Assembly: GCA_036446335.1 (NCBI GenBank)
Contig: JAZFSU010000127.1
Coordinates: 1-39,413, forward strand
Direction of reading: 5' to 3'
DNA length: 39,413 bases
DNA from: Dehalococcoidia bacterium
GTDB lineage: Bacteria > Chloroflexota > Dehalococcoidia > SZUA-161
In this document: piece after piece, positions 8,649 through 15,735 of the stretch
Layout of the letters: the number at the start of each line of letters is the position of its first letter
Numbering within the stretch: position 1 is the stretch's first letter
The notes under the pieces: model-generated
What the model was told of the DNA's origin: nothing
Databases searched by the model: none
Seen by the model: only the letters and a program-made list of their open reading frames with translations
Position numbers and translations under genes: made by a program

Positions 8649-9434
8649 ATGAGAAGGATTCTGTTAACGATCGCAGGTTTGGTTCTGCTTGGAGCCATCT
8701 TGCTGGTTGGATGCGGGTCGAATGATGATGCGACCGCTGCGAATGGTCAGTCGCTGAATGTATCGCCGGAGCTCCTTGCCTCACTGGCAAGCAACGACTC
8801 ACAACGCACGGGCATATGGGTAACCGGCGAAGGAGAGGTGACGGCAGTTCCTGACATTGCCGTTCTCACTTTGGGTATTGAGGCTCAGGAACTGACAGTG
8901 GCCGAGGCCCAAGGCCAAGCGATCGCTGCCATGAATCAGATCATGGCTGTGCTCACCGCGCAGGGCGTCGCTGACAAAGACATTCAGACGCAGCGGTACA
9001 GCATCGACGAAGTTGAGAGATGGGACGAAGACTCCAAAGAGCCGATCACGGTCGGATACAGGGTGACCAACATAGTGCGGGTCAAGATCAGAGAGATCGA
9101 CAACGCCGGAATCATCATCGACGCTGTGTCCGAGGCCGGGGGAGATCTGACCCGCGTGGAGAGCCTGGGATTCACTGTGGATGACCCGACGTCCTTCTAC
9201 GACGAGGCCAGGGGAAAGGCGATGGCAAGTGCTATAGCCAAGGCAGAGCAACTAGCGTCGCTGGCCAACGTAAAGCTCGGCAAGGCAGTCTACATCAGTG
9301 AGAGCAGCGGCTACATCCCGACGCGATACCCGGCGGTGGCGGGATTTTCGGAGAGCCTCGATTCGCGCACTCCGATCAGCCCCGGAGAGTTGGAGATACG
9401 CCTGACGGTGGAAATAGGATACACAATTCAGTAG
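8649..9434 (+). CDS. SIMPL/DUF541-domain lipoprotein
   Basis: MRRILLTIAGLVLLGAILLVGC lipoprotein signal after RBS AAGGAGG. SIMPL-type body (GEGEVTAVPDIAVLTLGIEA...YRVTNIVRVKIREID...ISPGELEIRLTVEIGYTI). Confidence 0.85.
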   Translation: MRRILLTIAGLVLLGAILLVGCGSNDDATAANGQSLNVSPELLASLASNDSQRTGIWVTGEGEVTAVPDIAVLTLGIEAQELTVAEAQGQAIAAMNQIMAVLTAQGVADKDIQTQRYSIDEVERWDEDSKEPITVGYRVTNIVRVKIREIDNAGIIIDAVSEAGGDLTRVESLGFTVDDPTSFYDEARGKAMASAIAKAEQLASLANVKLGKAVYISESSGYIPTRYPAVAGFSESLDSRTPISPGELEIRLTVEIGYTIQ

Positions 9435-9452
9435 ATCCGTCTCAAGCATAGT

Positions 9453-9492
9453 ACACGTCCAGGGCTGTGCGCCCTGGACGTGTCTCTTCTTC
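9453..9492 (+). terminator. rho-independent terminator
   Basis: Perfect 13-bp stem ACACGTCCAGGGC (9453-9465) / GCCCTGGACGTGT (9471-9483), 5-nt loop, followed by the T-rich run CTCTTCTTCT. Confidence 0.8.
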
Positions 9493-9659
9493 TACCACGC
9501 GAGCGCGTGCCGCCACAAGCCCTCTGACTCGGCTTCTATCAGGTCTCTGACCGGCGCTGCGGGGCATGTCTATCTCTCGAAGTCATCCTCCACTTCTTGA
9601 AAGAACCCGCTTCTTCCTCTTGCCCCCAATTCTTCATAACAGCCCCCAATTGGCACATG

Positions 9660-9688
9660 TTGCAGGCAGCTTGGTCCGTCTGTATAAT
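9660..9688 (+). promoter_or_regulatory. putative sigma70-type promoter of the orphan gene
   Basis: TTGCAG (9660-9665), 17 nt spacer, TATAAT (9683-9688). About 55 nt upstream of GTG 9743. Confidence 0.5.
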
Positions 9689-9742
9689 TAAGGGGGCAAT
9701 CGGCTACCGCTGCCACCCAGTCAATATCGAGACGAGGCTATC

Positions 9743-10174
9743 GTGGCCCGAGCAGTCAAGAGACACTTCAAAATCGGAGCTACTCCGCATCTGGATGAGA
9801 ATGAACTCATTGTGCGGATGCACGAGAGTGATAGGCCGGAAGGAACAAAGTGGGGAAACTACATAAGCCTCTCTGCAAACAAGAAGCGGATAACGTGCAA
9901 GTTGCACAGCAATGCGATGGCAGAGATCAAGCAACCGCGTACGAATCAGATCAGCATCAACAAGCACCTGAAAAGCAGGCTCGACATCAAGGCAGGAACG
10001 ACGGTTGCCTTCTATATGAAAAGGGCTTCCTCACTGAAAGCGCCCTACTATATCATGCGCTACCACCCGGACCGTGGCAGGAGAAGGGGAGCGTTCCGGA
10101 AGATACTTGGCGTTGTTGTCGTTATGGCCACGGCGATTGCTTTCACAGCTTCGTATTTCCTGGTGCTGAGGTAG
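9743..10174 (+). CDS. hypothetical protein with C-terminal TM anchor
   Basis: 143-aa ORF with GTG start and RBS GAGG 5 nt upstream. C-terminal hydrophobic helix ILGVVVVMATAIAFTASYFLVL. The region is more AT-rich than its flanks. No family recognised. Confidence 0.5.
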   Translation: MARAVKRHFKIGATPHLDENELIVRMHESDRPEGTKWGNYISLSANKKRITCKLHSNAMAEIKQPRTNQISINKHLKSRLDIKAGTTVAFYMKRASSLKAPYYIMRYHPDRGRRRGAFRKILGVVVVMATAIAFTASYFLVLR

Positions 10175-10280
10175 GAACATAACGCCATGGCCGCTTTTGG
10201 ACAGATTACCTCATCTTTGAAGAGCGCAGTGTCCTTAGCAGTTGCGCGTGAGAGTTGCGCGTCCTTGACAAGGCCAGATC

Positions 10281-10835
10281 ATGCACTCTAAAATCTCGAA
10301 GGATTCGCAGCCTGTGCAGTTTGTGAACATGATTGCGATCAATGTTTCCCAGCAACTGCAGGAACCTGTGGGCTCGGTGCGCCACTATGAGATCAACGAG
10401 AGCACGGAAGCGGGACTCGCAGTTCAGGGCAACGTGCAGCTACTGCGCACCAATCGCAGCATTCTCGTGACGGGCCGACTCGAGACCGTCAGCAGAGATA
10501 CCTGCAGTCGTTGTCTTGAGGGATTCGATCACCCGGCAACTCTGGACGTGGAAGAGGAGTATCTCCTGCCGAGGGACGCCGGCGATGAGCAGCCGTCCGC
10601 CCCACAAGGTGAGGCAGGCGTCTTTGCGATCGATGAGAACAACATCCTCGACTTGAGCGAGGCGGTGCGTCAGTATACGTTGATGGCAGTGCCCATGAAG
10701 TCGGTCTGCCGGCAGGATTGCGCTGGCCTGTGCGGCCTGTGCGGCTGCAACCTCAACCAGGGGGCCTGCGGCTGCACGCCCGTTCATCCTGATTCTCCTT
10801 GGGCTCAGCTCCAGGGCTTGCTCCCCAAGGAATAA
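10281..10835 (+). CDS. yceD: YceD/DUF177 family protein (large-subunit rRNA accumulation protein)
   Basis: CSRCLEGF...DLSEAVRQYTLMAVPMKSVCRQDCAGLCGLCGCNLN. Classic position upstream of rpmF. The start is uncertain (alternative ATG at 10329). Confidence 0.85.
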   Translation: MHSKISKDSQPVQFVNMIAINVSQQLQEPVGSVRHYEINESTEAGLAVQGNVQLLRTNRSILVTGRLETVSRDTCSRCLEGFDHPATLDVEEEYLLPRDAGDEQPSAPQGEAGVFAIDENNILDLSEAVRQYTLMAVPMKSVCRQDCAGLCGLCGCNLNQGACGCTPVHPDSPWAQLQGLLPKE

Positions 10836-10872
10836 ACTATAGTGTACAATAACGGAAGGGGATACATATACC

Positions 10873-11067
10873 ATGGCCTTGCCAAAAAGGAAATACGCTA
10901 AGGCTCGACAGGGAAAGAGGCGCAGCCATCTCGCAATGTCTGTTCCGTCCCTTGCCCCCTGCCCACAGTGTCACAACCAGAAGCCTGCTCATCAGGCATG
11001 CCCATTCTGTGGCATCTATCGAGGCAGGGAAGTGCTCAAGGCGGGGACGCCCAAGAAACCCGAGTAG
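10873..11067 (+). CDS. rpmF: 50S ribosomal protein L32
   Basis: MALPKRKYAKARQGKRRSH...CPQCHNQKPAHQACPFCGIY. Confidence 0.95.
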   Translation: MALPKRKYAKARQGKRRSHLAMSVPSLAPCPQCHNQKPAHQACPFCGIYRGREVLKAGTPKKPE

Positions 11068-11084
11068 ATTTTCGGAGATGGTTC

Positions 11085-12026
11085 ATGGTTGAACTGGAGT
11101 CGATGCCGGTGTCCAAAGTCGCCTATGTCTTCCCTGGGCAGGGATCACAGGCGGTCGGGATGGGCTACGAGCTCTACAGGGGTTCACTCGAGGCCAGGCA
11201 GGTCTTTGAACAGGCTGACGAAGCGCTTCAGGCTCCTCTGTCGCGCCTCTGCTTTGAGGGGCCCGAAGACGAACTCCGCGAAACCATAAATGCGCAACCG
11301 GCGATATTGACCGCAAGTGTCGCCTGTTTGAGAGCCGTCGCTGATTTCAACGGTGCCGTGAAGCCAGCATTTGTCGCCGGGCATAGCCTAGGTGAGTACA
11401 CGGCGCTTGTGGCCGCCGGCGTCCTGGGGTTTGCGGACGCTGTCCGCGTTGTTAGAGAACGTGGCCGCCTGATGCAGGAGGCAGGAAGACAGAAGCCCGG
11501 TGGCATGGCGGCGATAATAGGCCTGGACGAGGAATCCCTGGAGGAGGTATGCCTTGAGACCGGAGCCCAGATCGCGAACATCAACTGCGCTGGGCAGATC
11601 GTTATCAGCGGCACCCGGGAACAGCTCGCCCGCTCCATGGACTTGGCCAAAACAAGGGGAGCACGCAGGGTAGTGCCTCTTCAGGTCAGCGGCGCTTTCC
11701 ATTCCACCCTGATGGAGCCTGCGATGGCGGGGATGGCGCAAGCGATCTCTCAACTCAACTTTCGTCCCGCCGAGATCCCGATCGTGGCCAACAGCACAGC
11801 CAAGCCGGTCACTACCGCCGAGGAGGTCAAGGGCGAGCTTCTCCAGCAGTTGTGCCACTGTGTCCAGTGGCAGCCATCGGTCGAATACATGGTGGGCGTC
11901 GGGGTCACCACTTTCATTGAAGTCGGTCCTGGGCAGGTGCTCTCCGGGTTGATCAAAAGGATCAGCAATGAGGTGCGGATCCTGAGTATGAGCGATCCCG
12001 AGTCCATCAAGGCGGCAGATCTGTGA
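11085..12026 (+). CDS. fabD: malonyl CoA-ACP transacylase
   Basis: VFPGQGSQAVGMG and GHSLGEYTALVAAG motifs. Start moved to ATG 11085 (RBS GGAG), because the ORF-track start at 10968 lies inside rpmF. Confidence 0.9.
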   Translation: MVELESMPVSKVAYVFPGQGSQAVGMGYELYRGSLEARQVFEQADEALQAPLSRLCFEGPEDELRETINAQPAILTASVACLRAVADFNGAVKPAFVAGHSLGEYTALVAAGVLGFADAVRVVRERGRLMQEAGRQKPGGMAAIIGLDEESLEEVCLETGAQIANINCAGQIVISGTREQLARSMDLAKTRGARRVVPLQVSGAFHSTLMEPAMAGMAQAISQLNFRPAEIPIVANSTAKPVTTAEEVKGELLQQLCHCVQWQPSVEYMVGVGVTTFIEVGPGQVLSGLIKRISNEVRILSMSDPESIKAADL

Positions 12027-12069
12027 ACGACGCGAGGCCCGTCAGTATTACTGTTTGTGAGGGTCATCC

Positions 12070-12813
12070 ATGAGTATGTCCACGAGAGTTGTCATAGTAA
12101 CGGGAGGCGGCCAAGGCATAGGCCGTGAGATAGCGCTCAAGTTCGCGGAACTCGGCGCAAGTGTGGTAATCAGCGATGTGAACATAACCTCCGCCAAGGA
12201 GGTCGCAGTCGAGGCTGAGGCAAAGGGGGCAAGCAGCGCGGCCGTTGAGGCCAACGTAGCATTGCCGGAGCAAGTGGCCAGCTTGGTCGATCAGACATTG
12301 TCGTCCTTCGGGCACATTGACATCCTGGTGAACAACGCGGGGATCACCCGCGACGGCCTCCTCATGAGAATGTCGGAGGCCGACTGGGACCAGGTGCTCT
12401 CGGTGAACCTGAAGGGCGCGTTCCTCTGCACCCAGGCTGTCCTGAGGCCTATGATGAAACAACGCTGGGGACGAATAATCAGCATCGCGAGCGTCGTCGG
12501 TCTCACTGGCAATGCGGGACAGGCGAACTATGCTTCGTCTAAGGCAGGATTGATAGCTCTAACCAAAACCGTCGCCAGGGAAGTTGCCTCCCGAAACATC
12601 ACCGCCAATGCGATTGCTCCGGGATTCATCGACACCGGCATGACCAGCGTCCTCCCCGATAATGTAAAGGAGGAGTTCCTGAAGCAAATACCTGTTGGAT
12701 ACATGGGATCTCCTGGGGATGTTGCCAACGCCGCGGCCTTCCTCGCGTCGGAGGAGTCGCGCTACATCACGGGACAGGTGTTGAACGTGAATGGTGGAAT
12801 GGTAATGACATGA
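12070..12813 (+). CDS. fabG: 3-oxoacyl-ACP reductase
   Basis: TGGGQGIGREIA (NAD(P) binding), NNAGITRD and YASSKAG (YxxxK). Confidence 0.9.
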   Translation: MSMSTRVVIVTGGGQGIGREIALKFAELGASVVISDVNITSAKEVAVEAEAKGASSAAVEANVALPEQVASLVDQTLSSFGHIDILVNNAGITRDGLLMRMSEADWDQVLSVNLKGAFLCTQAVLRPMMKQRWGRIISIASVVGLTGNAGQANYASSKAGLIALTKTVAREVASRNITANAIAPGFIDTGMTSVLPDNVKEEFLKQIPVGYMGSPGDVANAAAFLASEESRYITGQVLNVNGGMVMT

Positions 12814-13148
12814 TTGGGGCCTACCGCTTCGGCGAGGTCACCGTCAGAGACACGCGATACACCCACGATGTGGTCATTCATGCGGATGGGATCAAAAGCT
12901 GGTGGCGCGCCAAAAGTCACGAGGTCTGTCCCGACGACATCGAGGATGCGATCAACACCAGCCAGCCGGACGTGATTGTGATCGGCAGCGGGGCTTCTGA
13001 GATGATGGCAGTATCTTCGGAGACCCGCCATTGGCTCGAATCGAAGGGGATTAACGTGGTTGTTGCGGCCACCGGCGATGCTTGTGAGATATACAACGGG
13101 CTTTGCGGCTCCCGGAACGTTGTGGCCGCCCTTCATCTAACCTGCTGA
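12810..13148 (+). CDS. Mth938-like (DUF498) domain protein
   Basis: FGEVTVRDTRYTHDVVIH...PDVIVIGSGASEMMAVS...GINVVVAATGDACEIYNGL...VVAALHL. Its ATG overlaps the fabG stop (ATGA, 12810-12813). Confidence 0.75.
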   Translation: MIGAYRFGEVTVRDTRYTHDVVIHADGIKSWWRAKSHEVCPDDIEDAINTSQPDVIVIGSGASEMMAVSSETRHWLESKGINVVVAATGDACEIYNGLCGSRNVVAALHLTC

Positions 13149-13189
13149 GAGTATGCTCCCCTGTTGAATTAGACTGAGGTGAAGTACGT

Positions 13190-13609
13190 ATGTCAGGCGT
13201 CAGGCGCAAAGGTCGGATCGCCGCGCTGCAAGCGCTGTACGAGAGCGACTGCTCCCGCCACGACCCAAACGAGTCCTTGACTCGTTTGGCAGAGGAGTAT
13301 ACACTGGTCGAGTCGTCTTTGTCCTTTGCCTCCGAGCTCGTCGCAGGGGTGTTGGAGAACATGGACAGGATCGATGGACTGATTCAAACTTATGCGCCCA
13401 GCTGGCCCGTAAAGCAGTTGCCGGCAATAGACAGGAATATTCTCAGGCTTGCAATTTTTGAGATTTCGATAGACAATAAGGTGCCGCCAAAGGCAGCCAT
13501 CAACGAGGCGGTGGAAGTGGCCAAGACGTTTGGCAGCTACAACTCGCCGAAGTTCATTAACGGAGTTTTGGGATCGATAGTCCGGCTCCAGACTCAAGCC
13601 AACGGCTGA
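13190..13609 (+). CDS. nusB: transcription antitermination factor NusB
   Basis: RRKGRIAALQALYESD...IDRNILRLAIFEI...VPPKAAINEAVEVAKTFG...KFINGVLG. Confidence 0.9.
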   Translation: MSGVRRKGRIAALQALYESDCSRHDPNESLTRLAEEYTLVESSLSFASELVAGVLENMDRIDGLIQTYAPSWPVKQLPAIDRNILRLAIFEISIDNKVPPKAAINEAVEVAKTFGSYNSPKFINGVLGSIVRLQTQANG

Positions 13610-13654
13610 CATTGACGGGACAGACAGGATTCATTAAAGAAAGGAGACAACAGG

Positions 13655-13915
13655 ATGGCCACCGTTTTCGAGCGGGTGAAGAAGATCGTCGTTGACCAGT
13701 TGGGTGTCGAAGACTCGGAAGTGAAAACCGAGTCCTCCTTCGTCGACGATCTTAACGCCGACTCCCTCGACTTGGTTGAGTTGGTGATGTCACTTGAAGA
13801 AGAGTTCAGCACGGAGGGGAAACAACTTGAAATCCCCGACGATGATGCTGAGAATATAAAGAGCGTGCAGGACGCGGTCGAGTACCTCAAGGAACACGGC
13901 GTAGAGGACGAATAG
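13655..13915 (+). CDS. acpP: acyl carrier protein
   Basis: [21 protein letters not shown]...[23 protein letters not shown] with the phosphopantetheine Ser in DSLD. Confidence 0.95.
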   Translation: MATVFERVKKIVVDQLGVEDSEVKTESSFVDDLNADSLDLVELVMSLEEEFSTEGKQLEIPDDDAENIKSVQDAVEYLKEHGVEDE

Positions 13916-14335
13916 AACCCGAGCCTGAATCCGGGTCTTGGGCAACTCATTCTAGCCAGGAGAATATCCAGCCAGCACTCTTGTTGGTTGTTCCTTCAAG
14001 GCAGTTCTGGGCCCGCGTTCAGGATGGTCACCGCTCCGGGGAGAGGGTGCTACCAATCGCTGGTCTGGGCATATAAGTGCCGCCTCTCCGTGAGAGCCTC
14101 CCCGGCCTCCAACGTGCGGGGAGGAGCGGATGATCGCGAAGTGCTGCCTCGCAGCTTTTCGTGAACTCCTCTCTCCCAGCTATCGGCTTTCCTTCCTCTA
14201 CCACGTACGGCCCGCTTACGACCGGCTGAAAGCACAAGATGCGGCGTTCACACTCACAAGCATCTGCCGCCTGCGGCAGAACCTCACGGTCAAGCGCCGG
14301 GCGTCCACGTCGACACACCAGCCACTACAGCTTCT

Positions 14336-14365
14336 TTGACTAGCGATTCGCGGGTGTGGTATCAT
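14336..14365 (+). promoter_or_regulatory. putative sigma70-type promoter of the TSUP gene pair
   Basis: TTGACT (14336-14341), 18 nt spacer, TATCAT (14360-14365), preceded by GTGg (extended -10). Confidence 0.45.
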
Positions 14366-14382
14366 CTTGCGGAAGAGCGCAG

Positions 14383-14742
14383 GTGAAGACAAGGACGGTC
14401 TGGTATCTGGCGGCCGGGGCTGGGGCCGGTACGATAGCTGGGTTTCTAGGGATAGGCGGCGGGATCGTTCTGGTTCCGATAATGGTCGGCTTCCTGAGTC
14501 TGACCCAGCATAACGCCCACGGCACCTCGCTGGCAATCATCGTCCCTATCGCAATGGTCGGCACGGCCGTATACGCCTTACGAGGAGACATCGACTGGGC
14601 GCTCGCGGCAGCCATAGGGGCGGGGAGTGTCATGGGCGTGGTCGCCGGGGCGAAGCTGATGACGATGCTGCCAGCTCACAGGCTTCGACAGGGGTTGGGT
14701 GTCTATGCGATCGCTGTCGCGATAATGCTGCTGATGAAGTAG
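14383..14742 (+). CDS. TSUP (TauE/SafE) family membrane protein, half-size unit A (4 TM)
   Basis: GFLGIGGGIVLVPIMV...AHGTSLAIIVPIAMVG... with four hydrophobic helices. Start taken as GTG 14383 (RBS GGAAGAG), because the ORF-track GTG at 14356 lies inside the predicted promoter. Confidence 0.75.
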   Translation: MKTRTVWYLAAGAGAGTIAGFLGIGGGIVLVPIMVGFLSLTQHNAHGTSLAIIVPIAMVGTAVYALRGDIDWALAAAIGAGSVMGVVAGAKLMTMLPAHRLRQGLGVYAIAVAIMLLMK

Positions 14743-14756
14743 ATCAAGGTGCACTC

Positions 14757-15140
14757 ATGAGCTTTGTGGCTGCTCTCGGCATAGGACTGGTGGCAGGAGT
14801 CCTCAGCGGAATGCTGGGAATTGGGGGAGGCGCTATAGCCATCCCAGGAATGGTCCTTCTGCTGGAGGTGGAGCAGCATACTGCGCAGGGAGTCTCTCTG
14901 GGTGCCATGCTACTCGCATCCACGGTCGGTGCCATCGTCCACTACCGGCAAGGAAACGTCAAACTGAACGTAGCGCTGTGGATCGCCCCTGGAGCTGCGG
15001 TATTCTCCATTATTGGAGCCTGGGCAGCAGGCATGGTTTCTGCCGAGTGGTTGACGAGGGTATTCGCCATTGCCTTGCTGGCCATCGGACTGAAGCTGCT
15101 ATTCTTCACTCGGGGAGGGCAACGTGTCAGCACTGGGTGA
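14757..15140 (+). CDS. TSUP (TauE/SafE) family membrane protein, half-size unit B (4 TM)
   Basis: GMLGIGGGAIAIPGMVLL...AQGVSLGAMLLASTVGA... with four helices. Own RBS AAGGTG 6 nt upstream. It lies in a different frame from unit A, 14 nt after the unit A stop. Confidence 0.8.
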   Translation: MSFVAALGIGLVAGVLSGMLGIGGGAIAIPGMVLLLEVEQHTAQGVSLGAMLLASTVGAIVHYRQGNVKLNVALWIAPGAAVFSIIGAWAAGMVSAEWLTRVFAIALLAIGLKLLFFTRGGQRVSTG

Positions 15141-15720
15141 TCTCTACAACGAGATAGAATCATGTGAACTGTGCGAAGGATTGGCCAAGACCCGCAACAA
15201 GGTCGTCCCCGGAGAAGGATCCGACACGGCAAAGATAGTGTTCATCGGAGAAGCGCCAGGTTTTCATGAGGACCAACAGGGGCGTCCGTTCGTGGGCCAG
15301 GCTGGGCAGTTCCTCGACCAGTTGCTCAGCTCCATCGGTCTCAAGCGCGACGATGTGCACATCTGTAACGTGATCAAGTGCCGCCCACCCTCGAACCGTG
15401 ATCCGCTACCAGCGGAAATTGCCAATTGTCAGACGTGGCTCAACCGTCAGCTTGAACTGATCTCCCCCAAAATGATCGTGACACTGGGCCGCTACTCACT
15501 GGCAAAGTTCTTCCCGGGTGAGACCATCAGCAAGATTCACGGCAGGGAACGGACGCGAGACGGAGTCATTTACTTCCCTATGTATCACCCTGCTGCTGCG
15601 CTGCACCAGCAGAGCCTCCGCCAGACCATCGAAGGAGACATGCTGAAGATACCTTCCATCTTGGCCCAAGTCGACGCCGTGGAAGAAGCGTCCAACCCCC
15701 AGCAGCTGTCCATGTTCTAG
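15124..15720 (+). CDS. uracil-DNA glycosylase, family 4
   Basis: CELCEGL..., FIGEAPG motif, VGQAG, CNVIKCRPP and MYHPAAALH motif. GTG start overlaps the preceding gene by 17 nt. Confidence 0.9.
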   Translation: MSALGDLYNEIESCELCEGLAKTRNKVVPGEGSDTAKIVFIGEAPGFHEDQQGRPFVGQAGQFLDQLLSSIGLKRDDVHICNVIKCRPPSNRDPLPAEIANCQTWLNRQLELISPKMIVTLGRYSLAKFFPGETISKIHGRERTRDGVIYFPMYHPAAALHQQSLRQTIEGDMLKIPSILAQVDAVEEASNPQQLSMF

Positions 15721-15735
15721 GGGAACAGTGTAGCC

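Noticed and set aside
10968-11084. ORF-track start of fabD at 10968 (39 extra residues).
   Set aside because: The extension overlaps the 3' end of rpmF in another frame and has no FabD similarity. ATG 11085 has an RBS and gives the normal distance to the GQGSQ motif.
13626-13641. TTGACG-17-TAAAGA promoter-like pair just upstream of acpP.
   Set aside because: It would place the transcription start inside or after the acpP Shine-Dalgarno sequence. The -10 is also poor.
13916-14335. Tested whether the gene-free gap is RNase P RNA, tmRNA, SRP RNA or a tRNA.
   Set aside because: On the minus strand there are faint resemblances: GAGGAAGGAAAGCCG against the P4 GAGGAAAGUCCGG, AAGACCCGGAUU against AGAACCCGGCUU, and GGAAGGAAAGC against the SRP GGAAGGAAGC. 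However, the other universally conserved blocks are absent (GGUGAAA/GGUAAGAGCGCACC of RNase P, the GGAA tetraloop closing pairs of SRP, and the tRNA-like ends of tmRNA). The proposed P4 strands also mismatch.
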